Assembly (NCBI GenBank): GCA_021414205.1
Contig: JAIOOW010000002.1
Location: forward strand, 89,520 to 153,519
Source of the DNA: Candidatus Anderseniibacteriota bacterium
Lineage (GTDB): Bacteria; Patescibacteriota; Andersenbacteria; UBA10190
Length of the DNA stretch: 64,000 bases
Direction: 5' to 3'
The translations under genes were made by a program, and so were the position numbers. Below the pieces are notes generated by a model. That model saw only the letters and a list, made by a program, of their open reading frames with translations, did not search any database and was not told the DNA's origin. Positions 9,609 through 18,294 of this stretch are shown piece by piece. Numbering within the stretch: position 1 is the stretch's first letter; each line of letters opens with the position of its first letter.

Positions 9609-10727
9609 TTATGCAAGCATTTTTGATTGCATGCAAAATTGATCCCAAGCTTGCCGAACAGCACCTCGTATTTCACCAATAAAGCGTTCTTTTGAAAATA
9701 CTAATGAATGCTCGCGAATTGTCTGCGCATTCCATGCAATAGATTGACTTTTTACGATAGCCTCGCACAGAGAAGCTACGGTCTGCTTACGAAATAGCAG
9801 TCCCGTTGTATTTGCCACAACGGTTTCAAGTGCCCCACCGGCTCCATACGCAATAGTTGGAATTCCGGAAGCGGCAGCTTCTAGCGGCGTAATGCCAAAA
9901 TCTTCTTCTTGCGGGAATAACAACGCTTTTGCATTTCGATACAGATTCGGAAGGTCATCATCTGGAACAAATCCAAGAAATTCCACCGTATCTCCTGCTA
10001 ACTCTTTTAACCTATCCATCTCCGGACCAACTCCTGCGATCTTCAGCGGAATCCCCAACACATTTGCTGATTGTATCGCCAAGTCAACGCGCTTGTACGG
10101 TACAAGCCGGGATACGACTAAGTAATATTCTTTTTCACCACTACCTATCGAAAATCGATTCACATCTACTGGCGGGTACACAACAGTAGATTCAGCGTTA
10201 TAATATTTTTTAATTCTCCGAGCTACATAATCAGACAGCGTTACGTATGCATCCACTCGATGCGAAGCAAAATAGTCCCATGTTCGAATATATGAAATAG
10301 CAAGCGGGGCAAACTTTTGGAATATCGCTCCTGATGAAAACTCTCGAACATACCTATGGCTTCCATCCCACGCATAACGAATAGGAGTTAAGCAGTACGA
10401 AATATGCATCGTATTCGGCCCCAAAACAATACCTTTTGCAAATCCATGAGTGTTGGATACAACCACGTCAAAGTTGGAAAAATCGAACTGTTCAATAGCA
10501 AATGGCATCATCGCAAGCGGAATATATCGATGAGATCGCTTTGCCCCGGGGAACCGCTGTAAAAACGACGTGCGAATTCTTCGAGGATTTATATCGAGTG
10601 CAACAGTCTCCTTGTCGTGCACAAGCGTAAAAATAGGCGCATCAGGAAATGCCTCTGCAAGAGCCTCAAGTACCCGTTCCCCTCCGCCAACATGGGTTAA
10701 ATAGTCATGAACGATGCATACGCGCAT
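9609..10727 (-). CDS. Glycosyltransferase family 1 (GT4)
   Basis: MRVCIVHDYLTHVGGGERV N-terminus; EDFGITPLEAAASGIPTIA motif. Confidence 0.8.
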   Translation of the reverse strand: MRVCIVHDYLTHVGGGERVLEALAEAFPDAPIFTLVHDKETVALDINPRRIRTSFLQRFPGAKRSHRYIPLAMMPFAIEQFDFSNFDVVVSNTHGFAKGIVLGPNTMHISYCLTPIRYAWDGSHRYVREFSSGAIFQKFAPLAISYIRTWDYFASHRVDAYVTLSDYVARRIKKYYNAESTVVYPPVDVNRFSIGSGEKEYYLVVSRLVPYKRVDLAIQSANVLGIPLKIAGVGPEMDRLKELAGDTVEFLGFVPDDDLPNLYRNAKALLFPQEEDFGITPLEAAASGIPTIAYGAGGALETVVANTTGLLFRKQTVASLCEAIVKSQSIAWNAQTIREHSLVFSKERFIGEIRGAVRQAWDQFCMQSKMLA

Positions 10728-10734
10728 ACATTCA

Positions 10735-12165
10735 TTACACCGCGTTCTTGTCAGAAATCAAAATGAGAAATGTTTTTACCAACAGCACGGCATCGAGCCA
10801 TAATGACCAGTTTTCGATATATGCGATGTCTAATTTAGCCTCTTCTTCAAATGCAAGACCGGCATTTCCTTCCACCTGCGCCATTCCGCTCATCCCCGGC
10901 TTAATAGCGAAAAGCTTGCGATGCACTTTGCTATATTGCGCAACCTCGCTCGGCAAATGAGGGCGTGGACCTATCAGGCTCATGTCGCCTTTTAAAACAT
11001 TAAATAATTGAGGAAGTTCGTCGATGCGAAGCTTGCGAATAATTTTTCCAACTGGAGTAATTCGCGGATCATTCCTCATCTTAAACAATGGGCCCTTTCG
11101 CTCATTTGCCTTCCCGATTAATTCTTGATATTTTTCTTCCGCCTTCTTCCCCCCATACTGAGCGCCTACGCAATACTCCATATACATGCTTCTAAATTTG
11201 ATAATTTCAAATGGAACCATATTTCTGCCTGCTCGAATTTGCGTATAAAATACCGTACCGGGAGAATTTTTCTTAATAATAAGCGCCGTAATCACAAGTA
11301 GCGGCGACAAAATAATAAGCCCCAATACTGCACCGATAATATCGATACTTCGCTTTGCAATTCTTCCCCAGCCATCAAGAGGGGTGCGAGATAGTTCGAG
11401 AAGCGGAATCGTCCCGATTTGGCGATATCGAACGTTAATCGCATGAGTTTCGAATATATTCGGAACATACTTATAATCGATCTTGTACTGCTCCGCAAAA
11501 TCCAGCAGCACTAGATTATCTTCATCGGGAAGTGTCGGGTTTGTTTGAATCACCTCGTCTAATCCATGACGCTTATAAATTGCCTCAAGAGAACTATACT
11601 CAACATTACTGAGCTCTCCAACGACAACGTATCCAAGTTCTGGCCGCTTGCGAAATAGTGACGCAAGCTCTACTGAAAAAGGACCATTTCCAGCAAGCAC
11701 GACTCGATGAATCCCCAAGCCGCGCTGCAGAAGAACTCGTTGTAATTCACGAATCATTGTTCGACCAAAGGATACAAACAATATCGCAAACACATACGCA
11801 ATAATTAAAATAAATCGAGATTGGAATAATTCAGCGCGTAAGAAAATAAACAAGATAATAATCATGAGCCCTAACGATATCCCGGAGAATATTTTCGTCA
11901 CCTCATCGAATGCTTTTCGAGTAACTCGCATTGCATAGAGTCCCTGCGTTGCAAACACAAATAGAACAACAATAGATACGATGCTCGCTAACTGCATGTA
12001 CTGAGAAAATGGCAAATCAACTTCAAACAATACAGGACGCAGGCCTCGCACAAGTTCGCTCAAGCGAACGTAGTACGCAGCAGCTCCTGCCGTAAGAAGC
12101 ATAATATAGTCGATCGGCACAAGCATCGCCCCGAAAAACAATTCAGACCGTTTCATGCAATCCAT
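10735..12165 (-). CDS. Polyprenyl-phosphate sugar phosphotransferase (WbaP/EpsL-like bacterial sugar transferase)
   Basis: 4-5 N-terminal TM helices; C-terminal KGPLFKMRNDPRITPVGKIIRKLRIDELPQLFNVLKGDMSLIGPRP motif. Confidence 0.8.
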   Translation of the reverse strand: MDCMKRSELFFGAMLVPIDYIMLLTAGAAAYYVRLSELVRGLRPVLFEVDLPFSQYMQLASIVSIVVLFVFATQGLYAMRVTRKAFDEVTKIFSGISLGLMIIILFIFLRAELFQSRFILIIAYVFAILFVSFGRTMIRELQRVLLQRGLGIHRVVLAGNGPFSVELASLFRKRPELGYVVVGELSNVEYSSLEAIYKRHGLDEVIQTNPTLPDEDNLVLLDFAEQYKIDYKYVPNIFETHAINVRYRQIGTIPLLELSRTPLDGWGRIAKRSIDIIGAVLGLIILSPLLVITALIIKKNSPGTVFYTQIRAGRNMVPFEIIKFRSMYMEYCVGAQYGGKKAEEKYQELIGKANERKGPLFKMRNDPRITPVGKIIRKLRIDELPQLFNVLKGDMSLIGPRPHLPSEVAQYSKVHRKLFAIKPGMSGMAQVEGNAGLAFEEEAKLDIAYIENWSLWLDAVLLVKTFLILISDKNAV

Positions 12166-12184
12166 TATACGCTAGGCGCCCAGA

Positions 12185-12212
12185 TTGACAAATAGCGTTT
12201 TTTCGGTACCAT
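12185..12212 (+). promoter_or_regulatory. Putative rnpB promoter (TTGACA-N16-TACCAT)
   Basis: TTGACA at 12185-12190; weak -10 about 7 nt before the RNA 5' end. Confidence 0.3.
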
Positions 12213-12218
12213 ATAAAA

Positions 12219-12551
12219 GCTGATGGATGGATAATCGCCCGTAACAGGGAGGAAAGTCCGGACACCACAAAAAGGGTGACAGGTAACGCCTGCCCCCTCG
12301 CCCTAAAAAGCAAGGGAGGGATAGTGCAACAGAAACATACAGCCCCTCCTCGGAGGAGCAATGGTGAAATCGTGAGGTAAGAGCTCACGCCCTGTATAGG
12401 TAACTATACAGGGGTGAAAACCCCACCTGGTGCAACCTCAAGTCGACCCGCCTTAAAACGGGTCAGGTAGAGGGCAAAGATTCTAGTAGCGATACTAGAA
12501 CAAGACAGATGATTATCTTCAATGACAGAATCCGGCTTACAGTCCATTAGC
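12219..12551 (+). ncRNA. rnpB: RNase P RNA, bacterial type A
   Basis: GGGAGGAAAGTCCGGACACCACA, GGTAACGCCTG, GTGAAATCGTGAGGTAAGAGCTCACGC and ACAGAATCCGGCTTACAG conserved blocks; P1 GCTGATGGA pairs with TCCATTAGC. Confidence 0.9.
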
Positions 12552-12560
12552 ATATATGCA

Positions 12561-12583
12561 AACCCCCGCCTAAAGCGGGGGTT
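12561..12583. terminator. Bidirectional hairpin terminator between convergent rnpB and rnhA
   Basis: AACCCCCGC-CTAAA-GCGGGGGTT, 9 bp perfect stem. Confidence 0.6.
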
Positions 12584-12586
12584 GCG

Positions 12587-12988
12587 TTATTTCTGCGCGT
12601 CGAGCGCTTCGTTGACGAGTCGATCTGCAATTTTATTTTTACTCCTTGGAACATGCTGAAACGTAAGGGAGGTAAACGCAGGAAACAGTTTTTTGATTTC
12701 TGCGAGCAACTCTTTGAGCTCGTCGTTTTTTACGCGATATTCTCCGCGAACCTGCTTTACTACAAGCTCGCTATCTAAAAAACATTGCACACCTTGAATA
12801 CCTTGCTTTTTTGCTTCCGTGAGCCCGGCAAGCAACGCTCGATACTCTGCCTGATTATTCGTTGCATGGCCGATATACTCGCCATATTCAAGCGGGACAT
12901 TCCCCATTTGGGATAATATAAAACCAATTGCGGCGGGGCCGGGATTCCCCCGTGCTCCGCCGTCGGTAAATAACGTTGCTACTTTCAT
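12587..12988 (-). CDS. rnhA: Ribonuclease HI
   Basis: TDGGARGNPGPAAIG ... NQAEYRALLAGL ... KNKIADRLVNEA. Confidence 0.85.
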   Translation of the reverse strand: MKVATLFTDGGARGNPGPAAIGFILSQMGNVPLEYGEYIGHATNNQAEYRALLAGLTEAKKQGIQGVQCFLDSELVVKQVRGEYRVKNDELKELLAEIKKLFPAFTSLTFQHVPRSKNKIADRLVNEALDAQK

Positions 12989-12992
12989 TGAA

Positions 12993-13262
12993 CTAGCAAC
13001 ACTTGCACTTGCCCTTCATTAACTTCGTAAACCCAATTCCAGCTAGCAGTACTGGCCAAATAATAGACACTGCGCTCTCAGATAACACGCCCCATACTCC
13101 AAGAAGGAACGTAAGAGCAATCAAGATAATCATTACTGGCACCGCCTTGTGGTGAGGGCAGTTACACCCTTTTACGCCACAACACTTTTCACCCCCTGGG
13201 CAATTAGCGCAATCACATCCTTCGCATTTTTTGTCCATGTTTTCCATAAAATTATAGTTCAT
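12993..13262 (-). CDS. Cys-rich small membrane protein (putative metal-binding)
   Basis: CEGCDCANCPGGEKCCGVKGCNCPHH N-terminal cluster, two TM helices, C-terminal KGKCKCC. Confidence 0.5.
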   Translation of the reverse strand: MNYNFMENMDKKCEGCDCANCPGGEKCCGVKGCNCPHHKAVPVMIILIALTFLLGVWGVLSESAVSIIWPVLLAGIGFTKLMKGKCKCC

Positions 13263-13286
13263 TAAGAATAGATTTATACATATATG

Positions 13287-14144
13287 TTACACCGGATGAA
13301 GTAATTTTGAAACCGCTATTTGCAGATGCTCCCAAAAAATTTCTAGGGACGTTTTTTTACATTGTGCAGTCAATCCGCCAATATCTTGAATAGACAATTC
13401 TTTAGAAGCCAAGTTTTTCGGATTGACCATGTAATACATGATAGATGCGGGATTTTCTACGTGCCCCAACCCTAGAGCATGTCCCAGTTCGTGCTCAAGC
13501 ACTAATTGCAAATCGTCATTTTTTGAAAACTCATAAATCGTAATCGTATTCCCCTGATACTCTCCTTGATCAAACTCACGCTGACCGGCATACGTCGTAT
13601 TAAATTGCTGAACATTCGCATTATATGTGCTTACAATTTGCTGCTCTTTGGTAGCAAGGCCGTTTACGGTATCTGCAAGCTTATTCACTGCAACCCGCTC
13701 CTGCTCAAGTTCGTCATAGCTTTTATTGCGATCCTTAACATCTTGCAGATATGCATTTTTTGCCGAGGTATATGAGGCATACGCTTGATCATATTTATTT
13801 TTTGCAGACTGTTGCTGAGCAGAAAGAGTATCAAGCTGATGGGTAAACTGATTTGTTTGATCCACTACTTGCTGGCGCTGATCATATACAAGATTAACAG
13901 TAAATTGAGCGTTCGAATCATATGTAAATAATTGCTTCCCGGATTCATGCTCCCAAACCTTCTCGGCATCTTGAACATCCTTTAAAAAAGTATCTCTTGA
14001 AACATGGAATTGCGGATCTACTCTCCCTATAGAATACGCAATCGGACGAGCGCATGGGGCGGGAAATTCCAGGCTTACCGCAAGATAAAACCCGCCTGTC
14101 AGCACTATTGGCCATACGAGAGCTCGCAATATCTTCATAATCAT
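13287..14144 (-). CDS. Metzincin (matrixin-like) zinc metalloprotease with N-terminal signal/TM and coiled-coil region
   Basis: HELGHALGLGHV (HExxHxxGxxH) followed by SIMYY Met-turn; start at ATG 14144 or 14138 (MIMKILRAL). Confidence 0.6.
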   Translation of the reverse strand: MIMKILRALVWPIVLTGGFYLAVSLEFPAPCARPIAYSIGRVDPQFHVSRDTFLKDVQDAEKVWEHESGKQLFTYDSNAQFTVNLVYDQRQQVVDQTNQFTHQLDTLSAQQQSAKNKYDQAYASYTSAKNAYLQDVKDRNKSYDELEQERVAVNKLADTVNGLATKEQQIVSTYNANVQQFNTTYAGQREFDQGEYQGNTITIYEFSKNDDLQLVLEHELGHALGLGHVENPASIMYYMVNPKNLASKELSIQDIGGLTAQCKKTSLEIFWEHLQIAVSKLLHPV

Positions 14145-14168
14145 ATATACAGTATACTGCAGATAATT

Positions 14169-14687
14169 ATGGAACGAGATGATCAATTTTGGAATATCGA
14201 TACGGCAGCCGGACAATTGCTCCAAGCGCTTGTTTTTACGCATCAGCCAAAAAATATCTTAGAAGTAGGAACATCCAATGGCTACAGCGCTATTCTTATG
14301 GCCGAAATAGCATCCCAATATGGCGGACATATAACAACAATTGAATTCCACGAAAAACGGATTATTTTAGCAAAAAATAATTTACAAAAAGCAGGACTAT
14401 TAAATTTAGTAACTATATTGCAAGGCGATGCGCTAGAAATATTGCATGGCTTCGAAAAAGAACGATTTGATTTCTTCTTCATCGATGCAAACAAAAAACA
14501 ATACGGCGAATACTTTAAAGAATGTATGCGCTTGGCAAACCACGGAGCCATTATTGTTGCCGACAATACAATATCTCATCGTCATAGCTTGGATAGTTTT
14601 TTTAAAGAATTGGAAATAGCAAAAGATTTAGATGTTCTTGAGTCTGAAATCGGAACAGGATTAGTAATAGTCAAAGTAAAAAAATAA
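14169..14687 (+). CDS. Class I SAM-dependent O-methyltransferase (caffeoyl-CoA OMT/YrrM-like)
   Basis: ILEVGTSNGYSAILMA SAM motif I, FDFFFIDANKKQY; start at ATG 14169 (MERDDQFW). Confidence 0.7.
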   Translation: MERDDQFWNIDTAAGQLLQALVFTHQPKNILEVGTSNGYSAILMAEIASQYGGHITTIEFHEKRIILAKNNLQKAGLLNLVTILQGDALEILHGFEKERFDFFFIDANKKQYGEYFKECMRLANHGAIIVADNTISHRHSLDSFFKELEIAKDLDVLESEIGTGLVIVKVKK

Positions 14688-14733
14688 CCGCCATCAAGTA
14701 CAAAGACTCGACGACGGCAACAAGCCTACAGAG

Positions 14734-15216
14734 CTACGCCAAAAGGTTTGGCCCACTCGGAGGATGCATTACAAAGACCACTTCTTTGCGATCGCCTGGA
14801 TTCCAGATCGTAATCATCAAGCTGGACCCAGGCTCGGTGAGTAGCAAGACGTTCTGCGACAATTTGCATTCAACGCATTTGTAACCTTCTTCCATCGAAA
14901 TAATTCCGATGGAAGTGCTGGGGCGACCAGGTTGAGAGTACTGCCACCAAATGCTTTTGATAATCGGCATCGTGCCTGATCGAGTGTATGGCAATCGAAA
15001 TCCTTGCACATACTCCCGCGATCGCAACTTAATAGTGCCAGGACAATAAGGTCCTTCACGTAATTCGAATGGACTGTTCACCGCACTCATTATCACGTGA
15101 ATTGTCTTATCCCACCTTTTCTCAAATCCGCCGGCATAGGCAAAACCAAGAACGCACGCGCCCAGAGCGATCGCAATAACAATAATCGTGAGCATATAAC
15201 GCCTTTCTTGTGGCAT
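14734..15216 (-). CDS. Hypothetical N-terminally membrane-anchored protein; contains three GCGATCGC octamers
   Basis: 160 aa ORF with own TTGACA-N17-TATATT promoter; no family recognised. Confidence 0.5.
   Translation of the reverse strand: MPQERRYMLTIIVIAIALGACVLGFAYAGGFEKRWDKTIHVIMSAVNSPFELREGPYCPGTIKLRSREYVQGFRLPYTRSGTMPIIKSIWWQYSQPGRPSTSIGIISMEEGYKCVECKLSQNVLLLTEPGSSLMITIWNPGDRKEVVFVMHPPSGPNLLA
14788..15175. repeat. Three copies of the HIP1-like palindromic octamer GCGATCGC (14788-14795, 15018-15025, 15168-15175)
   Basis: Exact octamer read three times within 390 nt; no other copy found by eye in the rest of the window. Confidence 0.8.
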
Positions 15217-15263
15217 TTTAAGCTGTGAAGGTGCCTAGCCGCCCAACGAGCGACTAACTTTTA

Positions 15264-15292
15264 AATATACACCTATTTACTAGAAATGTCAA
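15264..15292 (-). promoter_or_regulatory. Sigma70-like promoter TTGACA-N17-TATATT for the 14734-15216 gene
   Basis: Minus strand reads TTGACAtttctagtaaataggtgTATATT; overlaps the recJ 3' end. Confidence 0.45.
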
Positions 15293-16940
15293 GTATTCGC
15301 ACCTCAAGCGTTTGCCGGCCTCTAAATTCGTTAATTCCCAGAGTTGCCAATATATTCATTGGCTTTTCAGCAATGTCCGCTTTTTCCGCCAACCCGAATC
15401 CAATCGCCTCTACGTCTTTATCGCCAAAAGACAGTCGCATTTTAAGATGATCACCCGATGACCCTATAGTCCGAACATCGTATGCTTGGGCGTTTTGGAT
15501 AATAAATGTCGGCTCTGGATTCTGTTCTCCGAAGGGCTCAAATTGCTTGAGCGCTTGTACTGTTTCCCATGTAATGAGTCGCGGATCCAAAATTCCATCC
15601 GCATTATGGTCGACAGGAACGCTGTCGGCGCTTTTTGAAGAAAAATATTCCACTAAGCCGTCCTTCATATACTTTACCGATTCGTGCATGACGGAAAATC
15701 CAGCAGCCCCAGCGTGCCCACCTAGTTTTAATGTATGATGACGAACCGTTTCTAATGCATGGAGCACGTTCGTATTCCCCGCCCCTCGCGCTGATCCGAC
15801 TGCATGGGTATTCATGTCTGGCAGGCCACCTAATACGAACGCCGGCTTTCCGAATTTAGACGCGAGCCTCCCGGCAACTAGGCCAACAATCCCAGCATGC
15901 CAATCTTTATTTACTGCAAACACAAACGGAAGCGCAGGATCAACTGAATCTATTGCATCATCCATAATTTTCTTTGTCATGCTTCTTCGCTCGTTATTCA
16001 GCGAAATCAATTCTTTTACGGCAAGCTGCGCTTGTTCGGGAGTTTTCGCAATCAGGGCATTAAGCGCACTTTGCGGATGACCGATTCTGCCTGCCGCATT
16101 AATAAGCGGAATGATACGGAATGCGATATCTTTTGCAGTCATCACAGAAGGCTCTATACGAGCTTGCTTAATAAGTGCCAAAAGTCCTGGGCGTTTTGTG
16201 CGCATTAACACTTCTTTGCCGAACGTTACGATTGATCGATTCTCTCCGAGAAGTGGCATCACGTCCGCGATTGTTCCGATCATGGCTAAATCAAGTAACC
16301 ATTTCTCTTTATCCGGATCTTTTGCATATCCAGAATCTTCATGACGAAGCAATGCTTGTGCGAATTTCCAGCTCGTTCCGGCCCCGCATAAATGCCCCCA
16401 CCCATACGCGCCGTCCGGATACCGAGGGTGCAAAATTGCGGTAGCATTTGGAATCGTCTCCGGCAATTCATGATGATCTACAATAATAACGTCTTTTCCT
16501 AAGTTCCGAAGCATTGCGACAACGTCCGCATTTCCGATTCCACAATCAACGGTGATCAATACGTCAAACTCCGAACTTGCCGATTGCAGAACATCGCCGT
16601 TTAGTCCGTATCCGTCGTGATATCTATGCGGCAAGTAAGGCACCGCATGCGCGCCAATGCTTTCCAACACGTCCAACATAATAGCAGTCGACGTAATGCC
16701 GTCTGCATCATAATCGCCGTATACCATAATTCTCTCCTTATTCTTTACGGCACGCATCACTACCTCAACTGCCATCTGCATACCTGGCATGTCATATGGA
16801 TTATGAATCGACGACAAATACGATGGTGAAAAGAATGACTCTGCATGCACAGCATCCACTCCGCGATTTGCAAGCAGTCGCTCGATCAATTGCTCTTGCG
16901 TCGCTACAACCTCCTTACTATTTCCTCGTATCGGCCACAT
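15273..16940 (-). CDS. recJ: Single-stranded-DNA-specific exonuclease RecJ
   Basis: DHH family motifs (VLITVDCGIGNAD, IIVDHHELPE), DHHA1-like C-terminal region; start ATG 16940 directly after the eno stop. Confidence 0.85.
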   Translation of the reverse strand: MWPIRGNSKEVVATQEQLIERLLANRGVDAVHAESFFSPSYLSSIHNPYDMPGMQMAVEVVMRAVKNKERIMVYGDYDADGITSTAIMLDVLESIGAHAVPYLPHRYHDGYGLNGDVLQSASSEFDVLITVDCGIGNADVVAMLRNLGKDVIIVDHHELPETIPNATAILHPRYPDGAYGWGHLCGAGTSWKFAQALLRHEDSGYAKDPDKEKWLLDLAMIGTIADVMPLLGENRSIVTFGKEVLMRTKRPGLLALIKQARIEPSVMTAKDIAFRIIPLINAAGRIGHPQSALNALIAKTPEQAQLAVKELISLNNERRSMTKKIMDDAIDSVDPALPFVFAVNKDWHAGIVGLVAGRLASKFGKPAFVLGGLPDMNTHAVGSARGAGNTNVLHALETVRHHTLKLGGHAGAAGFSVMHESVKYMKDGLVEYFSSKSADSVPVDHNADGILDPRLITWETVQALKQFEPFGEQNPEPTFIIQNAQAYDVRTIGSSGDHLKMRLSFGDKDVEAIGFGLAEKADIAEKPMNILATLGINEFRGRQTLEVRILDISSK

Positions 16941-16941
16941 G

Positions 16942-18294
16942 CTAAACGACGACACGGTTAGGAATAAATTCCACTCCACCTTCTGTAGCGTGCACATACC
17001 TACTGGATTGATGTTCATAAAACTTCTGCATACTATGGCCCATCGGCGCGCGTGTTTCATCTTCTATTTGGAGCAATCTGTTATATTTACTCGTTCTATC
17101 GGAACGAGATGGAGCTCCTGTTTTAATTTGCCCCGCACCTACTGCAACAGCCAAGTCTGCAATAAATGTATCTTCTGTTTCTCCGGAACGATGCGAGATA
17201 ACGATATTCTGCCCAGCTTCTTGAGATGCCGTTATTGCCTGTATCGTTTCCGAAAACGTCCCAATTTGATTTGGTTTAATTAATACGGCATTCGTAGCAT
17301 GCAGTTGCACTCCTTGAGCAATACGTTTCGGGTTCGTTACGTACAAGTCGTCTCCGACTATCTGAGTATTTACTCCATTGCTCGCGGTGTATTTCACCCA
17401 ATCGTCCCATGCGTCTTCATGAAATGGATCCTCTATAGAAATAAGTGGGTATCTTTCTTGCCATGTCTTGTACAAATACGCCAAGTCGTTCGCATGTACA
17501 AACGATCCATCGATCATGTATCCATCCTTTTCTGCTTCGTAAAATTCTGATGCAGCGGCATCAATACCCAAGCATACGTCCACCCCGGGTACATATCCTG
17601 ATTGCTCAATCGCTCGAACGATGTACCCAAACACTGCTTCGCTATTTTCTAACTTAGGAGCAAATCCGCCTTCATCACCAACTTCTGTTTGAAACCCTGC
17701 TTGAATTAAAATATCGTGCAGGCTGTGGTGAATTTCCACACCCATACGCAACGCAGTAGCAAAATCTTTCGCACCCACGGGCAATACATGAAATTCTTGG
17801 ATAGAAAGCTGATTGCTTGCATGCATGCCTCCATTAATTAAATTCATCTGGGGCACCGGCATCATCAATTCCTGTTTTGGCATTGCCTGTCGAATCACCT
17901 CATACAACATTTTTTGCTGAGATACTGCCTCAGTCCGAACACATGCCAACGAAACAGCAAGCATAGCATTCGCACCTAGCCGAGATTTTTGCTCTGTTCC
18001 ATCAAGCTCTATCAGGCGACGATCGATTTTTTCCTGATTGCCCGTATCAAGCCCCGACAATGCGGACGAAATTTCCACGTTCACATTATGCACTGCAGTT
18101 AATACTCCTTTGCCAAAGTATCGATGCTCATCACGATCGCGCAATTCTACCGCCTCATGCGTTCCGGTAGAAGCTCCCGAGGGAACCATAGCAGATGCCA
18201 TAATACCACCCTCACACACCACCGTAGCCTGCACAGTAGGCGTGCCGCGAGAATCTATAACCTCCCGAGCCGTAATGAGCTTAATTCTTGCCAT
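16942..18294 (-). CDS. eno: Enolase
   Basis: MARIKLITAREVIDSRGTPTVQA...; SIEDPFHEDAWDDW; ATG confirmed at 18292-18294. Confidence 0.9.
   Translation of the reverse strand: MARIKLITAREVIDSRGTPTVQATVVCEGGIMASAMVPSGASTGTHEAVELRDRDEHRYFGKGVLTAVHNVNVEISSALSGLDTGNQEKIDRRLIELDGTEQKSRLGANAMLAVSLACVRTEAVSQQKMLYEVIRQAMPKQELMMPVPQMNLINGGMHASNQLSIQEFHVLPVGAKDFATALRMGVEIHHSLHDILIQAGFQTEVGDEGGFAPKLENSEAVFGYIVRAIEQSGYVPGVDVCLGIDAAASEFYEAEKDGYMIDGSFVHANDLAYLYKTWQERYPLISIEDPFHEDAWDDWVKYTASNGVNTQIVGDDLYVTNPKRIAQGVQLHATNAVLIKPNQIGTFSETIQAITASQEAGQNIVISHRSGETEDTFIADLAVAVGAGQIKTGAPSRSDRTSKYNRLLQIEDETRAPMGHSMQKFYEHQSSRYVHATEGGVEFIPNRVVV

Noticed and set aside
12143-12388. 81-aa minus-strand ORF
   Set aside because: Lies entirely antisense within the confidently identified RNase P RNA; translation is low-complexity.
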